DNA of 64,000 bases, from the IMG/VR virus record IMGVR_UViG_3300029288_007064; one strand, written 5' to 3'. The DNA is from a virus (Duplodnaviria; Heunggongvirae; Uroviricota; Caudoviricetes). The position numbers and the translations under genes were made by a program. Position 1 is the first letter of the stretch. The number at the start of each line of letters is the position of its first letter. The notes beneath the pieces are model-generated. The model was not told the DNA's origin and ran no database searches. It was given only the letters and a program-made list of their open reading frames with translations. This document shows positions 9,353 through 18,507 of the stretch, piece after piece.

Positions 9353-9372
9353 AATTTATAAACCTATGCTCT
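9353..9372 (-). promoter_or_regulatory. archaeal-type TATA-box-like promoter element (TTTATAAACCTATGCT)
   Basis: TTTATAAA at 9355-9362, 29 bp upstream of a small unlisted ORF beginning MDMEGK at 9326. 19-bp identical copy at 18631-18650. Confidence 0.35.
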
Positions 9373-9646
9373 ACCTATACATCTCGGTGTTATCCGGTTC
9401 TTTCTCTAGCATAATCGCTCCAGTATCCAATTTCGCCTTACATTTTTTACATTGAATAACAAACTCTCCTGTTTTCTTTAGTGTTAATATTGTAGTGTTA
9501 TTCGATATTTCGGTTTGACATTTCTTACAAAAGCTCTTTACAACAAATGTTTTCCTTCGTGGTGCTCCAAAGAAACTTTTCAAGATATCTAGCTTGAAAC
9601 CTTTCCTATTCTTATTTATGTCCTTTACTGCATCTTCGATTTCCAT
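9371..9646 (-). CDS. zinc-ribbon protein
   Basis: 91 aa; CKKCQ...CKKCK. Confidence 0.4.
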   Translation of the reverse strand: MEIEDAVKDINKNRKGFKLDILKSFFGAPRRKTFVVKSFCKKCQTEISNNTTILTLKKTGEFVIQCKKCKAKLDTGAIMLEKEPDNTEMYR

Positions 9647-9807
9647 TATTTCACCTCATACCATCCAGCAATTGCGCATATCTTTTCCAGGATTATAGGC
9701 AATTTCTCTTCAACCAAATCTGCTCTTTGCCATAGGTCTTCGGCACAGCTAATTTCTTCTTGGTCAATTATCCGTTTAATTGCTTCCAACTTTTTAGCTG
9801 CATCCAT

Positions 9808-10008
9808 TCATTTCACCTTCAATATCCGCAATGTTCTACCTTTCGTAGTTTTAGCAAATACATTATTGCATATCATACAAGCATCATCTGCTTTTGCTTT
9901 TACTATCTTAGCGTAGCGATAGTCTTTGTAAGAATAACCATTTAATTCTATTTTGTTATTCCAGCAATAATCGCAGCATCCGGTTCTCATCCTAATCCAC
10001 CCATACAT
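9808..10008 (-). CDS. small Cys-rich protein
   Basis: 66 aa; CCDYC...CMIC. Confidence 0.35.
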   Translation of the reverse strand: MYGWIRMRTGCCDYCWNNKIELNGYSYKDYRYAKIVKAKADDACMICNNVFAKTTKGRTLRILKVK

Positions 10009-10504
10009 ATCCTTCTTCTTCCAGTTCGCCTTCTCTTTCTCCAGGTTTTATGTCCTCTTTGAAAATTACTAGAACTTTTTCCTCTCCTGTGAGACCTCTT
10101 CCAAATTTTCTTGTCTTTAAGAACTTTTCAAAGGGAAGGAATTTGCCCCATGCAGACTTTTCTTCATCCTGTTTTTCAACATATTTTGCAGTTGCCCCAT
10201 TAACCATTCCTTCTCCGCAAACCCATGCCTCGTCTTTTGTGATTTCTTTTCCTTTCTTATCAAAGTATCCATACCTACAATTTCTATGATATCCCGTAAG
10301 TTGCTCTAAACTATCTCCCTCATCTATAGAATAATCACTACCACAGCCTGTGCATGTCACCCTATTGGGTTTTCTTCCAAAGCGATTTTGAAAGATTATC
10401 TCTGCTTCTTTCAGCGGTGCTTCTATAAATATAAAAGCCCAATCCAATTTCTGGCTACCGCCTGAATGCATATCCCAAAACTTTGTCCATTTAGTTGCTG
10501 TCAT
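9992..10504 (-). CDS. hypothetical protein
   Basis: 170 aa; contains CTGCG and several other Cys/His; acidic C-terminus. Confidence 0.4.
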   Translation of the reverse strand: MTATKWTKFWDMHSGGSQKLDWAFIFIEAPLKEAEIIFQNRFGRKPNRVTCTGCGSDYSIDEGDSLEQLTGYHRNCRYGYFDKKGKEITKDEAWVCGEGMVNGATAKYVEKQDEEKSAWGKFLPFEKFLKTRKFGRGLTGEEKVLVIFKEDIKPGEREGELEEEGYVWVD

Positions 10505-10937
10505 TGTTTACACCTTTTTTGAATGTTTCATACATCGGACACCAAATAACGCTTTCAATTACTTGGTAAGCTTTTCCTTCCTCAAATGCATATTTTGTAT
10601 TCCAATTAACCCTGTTTGCTGTGCAGTCTGTGTAATTACAAATGAGCAATAACGCATCCTCGTCATTGTAATAAACAAGCCGACCACACCCTCCTCCAAT
10701 AACACTTGTTTCCTCTATTCCGCAAGCTGCTAATCTATTTGCGAGCGTAACTTGGCTCCAATAACACTCTTCATTTTTAGATTCAATAATGGCGTTATTG
10801 CAAGCGTCTACTCTTTGTTGAGTCATCATCATTCCTATGTAGCATCCAATGACTACTAATATAATAATTCCAATAAATATTATAATGGGTGTCAAATCCA
10901 TCTTTGGCTTATTTTCTGTTTCACTCATGTAAATCAC
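10491..10937 (-). CDS. Cys-rich membrane-anchored protein
   Basis: 148 aa. N-terminal TM helix IIIFIGIIILVVIGCYIG followed by an ectodomain with about 10 Cys. Confidence 0.45.
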   Translation of the reverse strand: MIYMSETENKPKMDLTPIIIFIGIIILVVIGCYIGMMMTQQRVDACNNAIIESKNEECYWSQVTLANRLAACGIEETSVIGGGCGRLVYYNDEDALLLICNYTDCTANRVNWNTKYAFEEGKAYQVIESVIWCPMYETFKKGVNNDSN

Positions 10938-11139
10938 ACTCTGTTACTTCATCATCACTAAGTTCTTCTTCCTCGTCCTCTGCCTTTTGTTTATTCCTTG
11001 CTTTAGCTTCTTTTTCTTTCTTGAGGCAAGTATCACAAGTAAATGTAATGCTTTCAATTTCGTTCTGTCCTGCAATTTCTATTGTAATAACACCGCCCCT
11101 TAAACAAGAGCATTCAACTTCAAATTCATATTGTACCAT
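10921..11139 (-). CDS. small zinc-ribbon-like protein
   Basis: 72 aa; CSC...CDTC; acidic tail. Confidence 0.35.
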   Translation of the reverse strand: MVQYEFEVECSCLRGGVITIEIAGQNEIESITFTCDTCLKKEKEAKARNKQKAEDEEEELSDDEVTECDLHE

Positions 11140-11331
11140 TTATATCACCTTGATTTTAACTTCAATTTCAAACGATTTTTGTAATATGTTAGTCCAGCAC
11201 CCCTTTTCCTTGTTGTAACAATCTGCTCTTTTTAGCATTTGCATTTCTAAAAATTCTCCTATATTGTGAACAACCACAAATCTCTCTTCTTTGCGTTTCC
11301 CTTTGAGGAGTTTAAATTTTTTAGTAGTCAT
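11140..11331 (-). CDS. small hypothetical protein
   Basis: 63 aa. Confidence 0.3.
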   Translation of the reverse strand: MTTKKFKLLKGKRKEERFVVVHNIGEFLEMQMLKRADCYNKEKGCWTNILQKSFEIEVKIKVI

Positions 11332-11484
11332 TTGGTTTCACCCGTTTCTTTCCGTTTTTATATCCTCTTGAATATGCAATCATTATCGCGCGTTCAACTC
11401 CTGGATAATCTAAATAAAATCCCATAGTAGCATTTAATTGTTTAACCATATCACAATAACCACGAATATCCTTTAATCATAACT

Positions 11485-11682
11485 TTACTCCGTCGTTGGT
11501 TCTGCTTTAGTGCAACGGCATTCCCGCATACTTTCCGGCAACCGTTTATCTAAATCTTTATTCCTACTAGGGACAACTGTGCAATAACCACCGAATACCC
11601 CTTTATGGCAATGCCACCATGTTCCATAGTATTTAACTATCTTGTGTCTACAATTCTTACATAGAACAACTTTCTTAATCAT
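11485..11682 (-). CDS. zinc-ribbon protein
   Basis: 65 aa; CKNCRH...CHKG...CRC. Confidence 0.4.
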   Translation of the reverse strand: MIKKVVLCKNCRHKIVKYYGTWWHCHKGVFGGYCTVVPSRNKDLDKRLPESMRECRCTKAEPTTE

Positions 11683-11685
11683 GCG

Positions 11686-11931
11686 TTATTCCACCATAAA
11701 CCCGTTCTTCTCCCCAACCGCTTTAAGGTCATCAACACTAAGCGTTTTCTTGTTCCTAGCTAGCGTTATTTCACACGCTTGTTCCGTATAGCTTACCATC
11801 AACTGCGATACATACTTGTTCAATGCAGCAATGTATTCAGGTGACATCCTGCATTCCTTCGCAACTAAAGATGGCTTCACGATGCGAACAATTACTCCTT
11901 TCGGTATTAATTTTTTTGCTTCATCTTCCAT
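11686..11931 (-). CDS. histone-fold protein resembling archaeal histones (HMfB-like)
   Basis: 81 aa. Aligns by eye with HMfB: IPKGVIVRIVK ~ LPIAPIGRIIK; RMSPEYIAALNKYVSQLMVSYTEQACEIT ~ alpha2; ARNKKTLSVDDLKAV ~ HAGRKTIKAEDIELAV (loop 2 KT plus alpha3). Confidence 0.5.
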   Translation of the reverse strand: MEDEAKKLIPKGVIVRIVKPSLVAKECRMSPEYIAALNKYVSQLMVSYTEQACEITLARNKKTLSVDDLKAVGEKNGFMVE

Positions 11932-11943
11932 TTATTTCACCTT

Positions 11944-12141
11944 TTAATAGTATGTACGTTTCCTTTTGTATATATTTTTATGAAAAGAAGGTTGCGCATA
12001 TAGTTGTTGTCTTCTTATCATCGCTAACTTTCCCAAATCCAAGCAATTTAAACTTTTATTCCTAACCTCTTCTTCGAATAAGAATTGCTTATCTGATTCC
12101 TTCCACTTGAAACCTTTCTTTTTCTTTTCTATTATTTTCAT
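11944..12141 (-). CDS. small basic protein
   Basis: 65 aa, Lys-rich. Confidence 0.3.
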   Translation of the reverse strand: MKIIEKKKKGFKWKESDKQFLFEEEVRNKSLNCLDLGKLAMIRRQQLYAQPSFHKNIYKRKRTYY

Positions 12142-12445
12142 TCATTTCACCTTGTAAATATTTTCCCAATAGCAAGTTAAGGGAATTTTCTATGGAGGTA
12201 CTAAAACCTGCTATCGGGAATTGCACATGGAATAACACCAACATCTAGACGATATTTTTGGCGATTGCAGCCCAAATGTTATTCCACTTTGTGCTTCTTC
12301 TTTACTCCCTCCTTTAAACACTCCTTGCATATTTCTATCTTTTCACCTAATACCGTTTGATGTGATATCGTTTCTTTGTATGCCTTGCATTTCTTACATT
12401 GCTCCATTCATCATCACCCAATATTACTGTTCAGTAATTTTGCTT

Positions 12446-12688
12446 TTAGATTCTTCTGTATGATGTCTTCCGTACATAGGATTTTTTGTATCTTTTATCT
12501 TCATTTTTATCGTCCTCTTTTCTTTCAATTTTATTCATCCACGAATTTCGTAAGTATCCACATACTATACACCACTCGTCAGGAAATATTGTATCTTTTT
12601 TTGTATCAATCGTTGATTTTGTTCTTCCTTTGCATATCGGACACCATCTTTTACCATCTGGTTTCTGTCTAAATGAATTATACCACAT
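12446..12688 (-). CDS. zinc-ribbon protein
   Basis: 80 aa; CPICKG...CIVCG. Confidence 0.4.
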   Translation of the reverse strand: MWYNSFRQKPDGKRWCPICKGRTKSTIDTKKDTIFPDEWCIVCGYLRNSWMNKIERKEDDKNEDKRYKKSYVRKTSYRRI

Positions 12689-12839
12689 GTTATTCCCTCC
12701 ATTTCCATTTTATCATTCCTCAAACATTTCTTCTAAACCGTCTCCAAGCAAACCCCAATCCATATTATTGTCAAGGTCTTTCTCGCTTCCTCTCCAACTT
12801 GCTCGAATAAGGCGCAATATTTGTGAAATGTTTTTCATG

Positions 12840-13724
12840 TTATTCCCTCGATTTTCCCGTGTCCTCTTCCACAAATGCAGCAATAGGAGTACCTTCACTA
12901 GTAGGTTCTACATAGGGTTTAATCCTTCCATGTTTTATATTTGATTGCACGGTAGAAATAACACCAGATATTTTTCTACGCAACGTGTTATCAGGAATAT
13001 TGAACTTGCCTTTTGTTCGTGCTATTACATCGGTCTTTATTTCCTCTGGCGAATAACCCGCAGCAATTTTCCTTCTAGTGTAGTCAGTTAGTGTTAATCC
13101 ATCGAGCATTCCAGTAAAAACAAGTCTATCAGACGAAAGTACCTTCTTTACTTTGTAAAGTCCTTCGATAACTTTTTGTGAAATAGTTGCCTTGCCAAGT
13201 TTTCCTGTCATTAACTTGCTTACGGAAGTCTTTATCTGCCCCTCTGGGTATCCTTGCTCCTTCATGTCTTTAATGGCACGGAAAATCATTTCATCGTATG
13301 AAGCTACTTGTTCTGTTTTGGAAGTATCACCCCTTGTCATTTCCCAATGCTTATTCTTTACCACATTCCATACCTTTGTTCTCAACGTTTTCTCTGGAAT
13401 ATCCATTTTTCCTTTAGCAAGTGTTATTACATCATTTACTACTTCATCTGTGCTCTTTCCTTTATTAAGTTCATTAACGCTATATGTTGAAAGCGTCATT
13501 CCGATAATAGGAACCCAATCTATTTTACCAATCTTACTCCTCTTTACAACGGTCTTGATTTCATGCTCCTCTTCTTTCTTTTGTGTCGGAGCTTCACCTT
13601 TTGGAGTAGTTATTCCATTCATCCTCATCAGAGCAGTTAATAGCTCTTCAGCTTCCCCTTCCAATTTTATTTCCATTTTCATTTTATCCATCTCCGTTTG
13701 TTTCCATACCTGTCGAGATATCAT
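12840..13724 (-). CDS. hypothetical protein with two internal ~100-aa repeats
   Basis: 294 aa. Repeated block [ST]xxE[VI]xxDVIxxxKGKxxIPxxTLRxK occurs twice (around residues 95-130 and 215-250). Confidence 0.45.
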   Translation of the reverse strand: MISRQVWKQTEMDKMKMEIKLEGEAEELLTALMRMNGITTPKGEAPTQKKEEEHEIKTVVKRSKIGKIDWVPIIGMTLSTYSVNELNKGKSTDEVVNDVITLAKGKMDIPEKTLRTKVWNVVKNKHWEMTRGDTSKTEQVASYDEMIFRAIKDMKEQGYPEGQIKTSVSKLMTGKLGKATISQKVIEGLYKVKKVLSSDRLVFTGMLDGLTLTDYTRRKIAAGYSPEEIKTDVIARTKGKFNIPDNTLRRKISGVISTVQSNIKHGRIKPYVEPTSEGTPIAAFVEEDTGKSRE

Positions 13725-13890
13725 CTCGATTGATTATTACTTTGTTATTAAACTTGTCTATTATCACTAGTTCTTTATCGGTTACAGTTATTGCTTCGCC
13801 GGTATAATAACTAAGCGAATTGCCTCCTGGATTTTTAACTCTAAGACTATATCGCTTACCCACTTCATATGTTTCATTTTCCATGTTCAT
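13684..13890 (-). CDS. small hypothetical protein
   Basis: 68 aa. Confidence 0.3.
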   Translation of the reverse strand: MNMENETYEVGKRYSLRVKNPGGNSLSYYTGEAITVTDKELVIIDKFNNKVIINRDDISTGMETNGDG

Positions 13891-14491
13891 TCACCGTTGC
13901 CATTGCCTCATATAAATTATTTCCCAAGACTTTCTTGCATTTTGGACACTCTAGATATACGAATCCAATATCTTCATTTGGCTCTAGTTCATATCCGTTT
14001 GGAAATTTAGAGTCCACAAATACTTTTGCTTCGATAGTTGTGCCAAAGTAATCAATAATTTCTTGGCAATAAGGGCATACCATATCCTCTTCTTCCGATT
14101 CAATTAATTCTTCAGCAATTTGCTTTCTTTCTTCTTCCTCATCGGCTTGTCTTTCATGCATCCTATCTTCGTCCTCTTCTAGTTCATCTACTCTATTCAT
14201 TTTTTCTTTTATCATTTCTATAATATCGGTCTCCCTATTATGTACTGCATAAAACAGTGCATCTTTTCCTTGGCAGTTAGTTAAATAAATATCTGCACCT
14301 GTATCTAGTAATACTTTTACTATTTCAAGATGACCGTTGGCTACTGCACACATTAGTGGAGTTGTTCCATATTCTGTTGAAGAGTTTACGTTTACTCTCA
14401 TCGCAAGTAATTTTCTTACTTGTTTTATATCTCCGTTCCTTGCACTTTCAATTAAATCATCCTCTTGTAAAGTTTGTATTTTTATAACCAT
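13874..14491 (-). CDS. ankyrin-repeat protein with C-terminal zinc ribbon
   Basis: 205 aa. GTTPLMCAVANGHLEIVKVLLDTGADI and GKDALFYAVHN ankyrin repeats; C-terminal CPYCQ...CPKCKK. Confidence 0.6.
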   Translation of the reverse strand: MVIKIQTLQEDDLIESARNGDIKQVRKLLAMRVNVNSSTEYGTTPLMCAVANGHLEIVKVLLDTGADIYLTNCQGKDALFYAVHNRETDIIEMIKEKMNRVDELEEDEDRMHERQADEEEERKQIAEELIESEEEDMVCPYCQEIIDYFGTTIEAKVFVDSKFPNGYELEPNEDIGFVYLECPKCKKVLGNNLYEAMATVNEHGK

Positions 14492-14812
14492 TTATTTCAC
14501 CTTCGTAGGAGAAAATTTAACTCCTGTTGTATTCCATTCGGTTTTACAACGGGTACAATAGAAGGTTACTCCAAGTTCGAGTTTATTCTCCATATCAAAA
14601 CTATGTTCATATACACCATCTTGACGACATATTTCACCTGAATATTCTTCCTTTATTTTATTAATTTTCTTAGTAATATCTTCTTTTAGAACATCATATT
14701 CCTTTGCTGTCTTTTTGGAATACGCTTCTGATAGAATCGCTTCTAACTTTGCTATTTTCTCTTTTCCTTCCTTATTGCAAATTGGACATTCTACCCATTC
14801 ATCGGCTGACAT
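14492..14812 (-). CDS. zinc-ribbon protein
   Basis: 106 aa; CPICNK...CTRCK. Confidence 0.4.
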   Translation of the reverse strand: MSADEWVECPICNKEGKEKIAKLEAILSEAYSKKTAKEYDVLKEDITKKINKIKEEYSGEICRQDGVYEHSFDMENKLELGVTFYCTRCKTEWNTTGVKFSPTKVK

Positions 14813-14972
14813 ATTATTTCACCTCATCATAATAGGTGTCAAGTGCCGCACATATTGCATCTCGCCATCTATTTCACCCGTTTCAAGGTTGCCCCTACAT
14901 AGATAAGAGCCATGCTCTCCCCTAACGTATGCGTATTTTCCCTTTGTGCAAACTTTTATTTTTCCTTCCATC

Positions 14973-15173
14973 TCAATCCACCTCTTCGACGTTTGTTTTA
15001 CCTTCTTTTGTAAAGGTAAAAGTTATTCCCTTCTTCCCTTTCTTTTGTGCTTGCCTAACCATATCTGCAACTTTACATGCTGGCATAAGCTCTTTCGCAT
15101 CCAAAGCGCCTCCGTGTGCAAGGTTGCATAGAGTTTCCCAAGTTGGCTCTATGTCTATCGTGTGTTCTGCCAT
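14973..15173 (-). CDS. small hypothetical protein
   Basis: 66 aa. Confidence 0.3.
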   Translation of the reverse strand: MAEHTIDIEPTWETLCNLAHGGALDAKELMPACKVADMVRQAQKKGKKGITFTFTKEGKTNVEEVD

Positions 15174-15413
15174 TCAATCCACCTTCCTTCCGCATACTGA
15201 GCATTTTGGTTTGAGGCAAGCACCCTTGCAAACAGGGCAATAGCCCCATTCCTTCTTGGCTTCTTCCGCTTTCATCTTGCTCTTGAAACCAGTTATTATA
15301 GCATCACCGTAGGCATAGAGAACCCCCTTGAGTTCGTATCCCGCGTCCTCTTCACAGTATTCGCCTGTTTCCCCTGTTTTTGTGTTCAGATAAAATCTTG
15401 TAGTCATTTTCAT
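15174..15413 (-). CDS. zinc-ribbon protein
   Basis: 79 aa; CPVCKGAC..CSVCG. Confidence 0.4.
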   Translation of the reverse strand: MKMTTRFYLNTKTGETGEYCEEDAGYELKGVLYAYGDAIITGFKSKMKAEEAKKEWGYCPVCKGACLKPKCSVCGRKVD

Positions 15414-15422
15414 TCCCTCCGT

Positions 15423-16199
15423 TTAGTTCCTCTTTGGTATTCCTTTCTTTTCCACTATTGCTTTCATAGCATCATAAAACTCCTTTGCTTCTTCAGGTGT
15501 TACTTCCAACCGTATTTGTGCAGTAAAAGTTACCTTATCATTATGCGGTGTTAATTCAATTTGCACATAATCGCTAAAAACACTGTCGCGTTCATATGTC
15601 TCGTAAATTTTACGAGTTCCCCCATAAATAGGGAGATGCTCCGTTTTGTCCTTATTAAGCAAGTCACATAGAGAAGTCATGCCCTTCTTTTCGTTATCTT
15701 CAACTGTTTTGTTTCTTATATATTCTTCATTTTTCTTTTCAAGGTATTGCTCTAATGTTTCTTTAGAGCCAGAATACCAGCCACCATGATACCGTCCCGA
15801 ATCTATTTGTAATGACGCATCCACAACGGTTTTCCTCACCTTTTCGCCATCTATAGTCGCTACCCATTCGTATTTAAAATATGCGTTTGCACTTACTCTC
15901 AGGACGATGTTCTTGTAATGAATGTATACCCCATGATTAGTAGTATCGAAGGTTATCGCCTCGGTTTGGAGTTTAGCGATTTCTTGCTTTATAAACTCCG
16001 TTTCATATTCCTTTCTAACTAGTTCCTTCTGCTTGTACTCTTTCTTCCTTTGGTCCCTACTAGTAGATAGGTCATCAAGGTATGTATATTGTTCCACCAA
16101 TCCTTCCATTTTCGTTTTTTCGTTTCCTTCCATATCCTTCAACTCCTTGTAAGTAATACTATGTTCCATAGGGTTTATAAAGGTATGCTTTATTCCCAT
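15423..16199 (-). CDS. hypothetical protein
   Basis: 258 aa; TATA-like TTTATAAA at 16228-16235, 29 bp upstream of its ATG. Confidence 0.45.
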   Translation of the reverse strand: MGIKHTFINPMEHSITYKELKDMEGNEKTKMEGLVEQYTYLDDLSTSRDQRKKEYKQKELVRKEYETEFIKQEIAKLQTEAITFDTTNHGVYIHYKNIVLRVSANAYFKYEWVATIDGEKVRKTVVDASLQIDSGRYHGGWYSGSKETLEQYLEKKNEEYIRNKTVEDNEKKGMTSLCDLLNKDKTEHLPIYGGTRKIYETYERDSVFSDYVQIELTPHNDKVTFTAQIRLEVTPEEAKEFYDAMKAIVEKKGIPKRN

Positions 16200-16237
16200 C
16201 TTCTACGTCGTGAATCCCTCAATCCCATTTATAAAGG

Positions 16238-16723
16238 TTATGTTGCTATTTCGGGCGAATATACGCCTATTCTAGCCATGTTTTCCTTGAACCACGTGTT
16301 AACCCCGATATAAACGAATAACAACGGCGAAAGCACCCCCACAACCACCGTATTGCCGATAAGGTGGCTTATTGTGAATGGAATCTGCCCAATAAATGCA
16401 TCCGCAAAGCTCATCGGAAATAACAACGGTCCTCCTATGACACCCGTAAGCAAATCGAATAACAACGTGCCTACAAAACTCATTCCTAGAAAGTTTATTG
16501 GATTTGCGGTAGGTTTAAAGTATGTGAAAGTTAATCCAACAATTCCCCATGCAATAAAGCACATTAAAGTCCATATACCCATCATTCCGGTTATTACATC
16601 AACTAACGCATACAACAATCCTCCCAACATGAATGCGTATTGTTTTTTAAGAAGTGGACAGAACGTAGTGGTCGCTACCATCAGCAATCCAAATGTCCAT
16701 GCAATAGTGATTGTAGTTTCCAC
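16238..16723 (-). CDS. polytopic membrane protein (ECF-transporter S-component-like size and topology; uncertain)
   Basis: 161 aa with about 5 predicted TM helices, Gly/Phe-rich. Confidence 0.35.
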   Translation of the reverse strand: METTITIAWTFGLLMVATTTFCPLLKKQYAFMLGGLLYALVDVITGMMGIWTLMCFIAWGIVGLTFTYFKPTANPINFLGMSFVGTLLFDLLTGVIGGPLLFPMSFADAFIGQIPFTISHLIGNTVVVGVLSPLLFVYIGVNTWFKENMARIGVYSPEIAT

Positions 16724-16724
16724 A

Positions 16725-17009
16725 TTAACACGCTCCTATTAAATAATTGCGTTGCTTTATTCGATGGAATTTTCCTTTTTTCAAAGCATTCCCAAATAAC
16801 GCGGCGGACATTACTAGTCCTACGAATATCGAAACAATTGGTGCATATTCGGTTATCCACAAATTAGCTAGATTAAATAATCCGAATGCTAATGCGAATC
16901 CGAATAAGAACCAAAATTCCAACATTACAATTGTGTGCCAATTCAAACCTATTGTTTTGACACACAATATTCCTTCCTTCTCGTTTAGGTATATTTTTCC
17001 GTTAATCAT
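16725..17009 (-). CDS. small membrane protein
   Basis: 94 aa with two hydrophobic helices. Confidence 0.35.
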   Translation of the reverse strand: MINGKIYLNEKEGILCVKTIGLNWHTIVMLEFWFLFGFALAFGLFNLANLWITEYAPIVSIFVGLVMSAALFGNALKKGKFHRIKQRNYLIGAC

Positions 17010-17205
17010 TTTTCTTCGCCCTCAATACTACTTCGTATTCTGTTGGTGTATGCAATCCTGCTAAAAATATCTCGTGCAAGGCACTTAGTGTTTTAGCCCT
17101 TCCCTCGAATACATAATTGTCGTTGAAAATACTGCCGTGCAATATTTTATCCAAGAGGTCTTTTGGTTTCCTTATTATTCCTGTTTCTATTACCAGTTCG
17201 ATCAT
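17002..17205 (-). CDS. small hypothetical protein
   Basis: 67 aa. Confidence 0.3.
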   Translation of the reverse strand: MIELVIETGIIRKPKDLLDKILHGSIFNDNYVFEGRAKTLSALHEIFLAGLHTPTEYEVVLRAKKND

Positions 17206-17945
17206 TTTTTCACCTTATATAACTCCTTTATGTTATCCGGAAACGTATTCCCAGGTTTATTGGTGAATGTGATATCTCCTTTCTCAGCACAGAACCAAAG
17301 ATTCGGTCCGAATCTTTTCCAAAACCACTCAGTAATAAAGTTCAATTGCGGTGGAAAGAACCTCGTATATGCTGCTTCATTAATTACTTTGTATCCGGAG
17401 TGCTGCAATAAATACTTCAGTGTGGGATAATTGAAGGTGTAGAAATGGCAGTCGCTTTCATATGTCTTCTTAATTCCTTGTGGAATAAGTGAAGTGTATT
17501 GTGGTATTTGTAATATCAGCTTCCCATCTTCTTTAAGCAATTCTCTACATTGAAGTAAGAAAGCATAAGGAGCAGTCAGATGTATGAGCATATCTGTGCA
17601 CCAAATGTAGTCAAACTTTTCACCGTTGAACTTATCATAAAATCTTTCTTCAACATTTAATCTTCTGACATCAAGACCTAATTTGCTACAAAAACCATAA
17701 TGCTCGTCTGAAATATCAATACCAACTGAACCTTTTCCAAAGTGAATCAAGTTCTGACCATAAGCACATCCAATGTCAAGAAGTTTCTTGCTCAAATCCA
17801 TATTAAATTTTCCATAGATGTATCTATGGTCTTTGAACCAATCTTTGAAGTAGAGATTGTATACTACTTCGTTCTGTTCTTTCGTGTATGCACCTTTATT
17901 CAATATTAGTTCTTCAAGGGTATTCGTTTCAATTATTTTTTCCAT
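17202..17945 (-). CDS. class I SAM-dependent methyltransferase
   Basis: 247 aa. Motif I LLDIGCAYGQN and post-I acidic residue (GIDISDE). Confidence 0.75.
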   Translation of the reverse strand: MEKIIETNTLEELILNKGAYTKEQNEVVYNLYFKDWFKDHRYIYGKFNMDLSKKLLDIGCAYGQNLIHFGKGSVGIDISDEHYGFCSKLGLDVRRLNVEERFYDKFNGEKFDYIWCTDMLIHLTAPYAFLLQCRELLKEDGKLILQIPQYTSLIPQGIKKTYESDCHFYTFNYPTLKYLLQHSGYKVINEAAYTRFFPPQLNFITEWFWKRFGPNLWFCAEKGDITFTNKPGNTFPDNIKELYKVKK

Positions 17946-18083
17946 TTGCTACACTTCCGGTTCTGGTACTGTACAATCTCTATATTTTAGATTTTGTTCT
18001 TTGAATGGATAAAACTTTTCCCTTTTATGATAATAACCATATTGATTACCACAAAGTTGTGTTCCGCAATGTTTGCATTTCAT

Positions 18084-18314
18084 TTACTCTCCCTCCTCGT
18101 CCTTGTCAATCACGTTGTCCACATAGTCCGTTAAATCATCTAAAACTCTTAGACGAATTATATACATTTTTCTTTCTTCATCAGCCACTTCCGGATTAAG
18201 TATTTCTCCATTCAGAGTTCCCTTTTCGGAAATCTCCTTTGCTTTCTCTTGGTACACCTTTTGGAGTTTCCAAATATATTTCAGCAATTTTGCATAGTCT
18301 TTCATTTTAATCAC
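18084..18314 (-). CDS. small acidic hypothetical protein
   Basis: 76 aa. Confidence 0.3.
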   Translation of the reverse strand: MIKMKDYAKLLKYIWKLQKVYQEKAKEISEKGTLNGEILNPEVADEERKMYIIRLRVLDDLTDYVDNVIDKDEEGE

Positions 18315-18507
18315 TTTGTTTTTTATTCGAGAATAATTTATAATGTAATTCTTTCGCTCTATCTAAACAAGATTTTTCTCCTTTCTTTGCTTCGGCATGA
18401 AAATGCATTCCGTCAAATTCATCATAAGGAACATTATGTATAATCTCTCTTCCACATCCATCACAACATAGATATGAAATGATACGTGCTTCTTCTTTCC
18501 AAGTCAT
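18307..18507 (-). CDS. zinc-binding small protein
   Basis: 66 aa; CCDGCG...H..H. Confidence 0.35.
   Translation of the reverse strand: MTWKEEARIISYLCCDGCGREIIHNVPYDEFDGMHFHAEAKKGEKSCLDRAKELHYKLFSNKKQSD

Noticed and set aside
13192-13770. 192-aa plus-strand ORF
   Set aside because: Fully antisense to the 12840..13724 gene, with hydrophobic low-complexity translation and no promoter or RBS. Spurious.
16171-16194. TATA-like motif TTTATAAAGGTATGCT as a promoter
   Set aside because: It lies inside the N-terminal codons of the 15423..16199 ORF, only about 5 bp from an internal Met. The similar element at 16228-16235 is correctly placed (29 bp upstream of the ATG), so this copy is probably a duplicated remnant.
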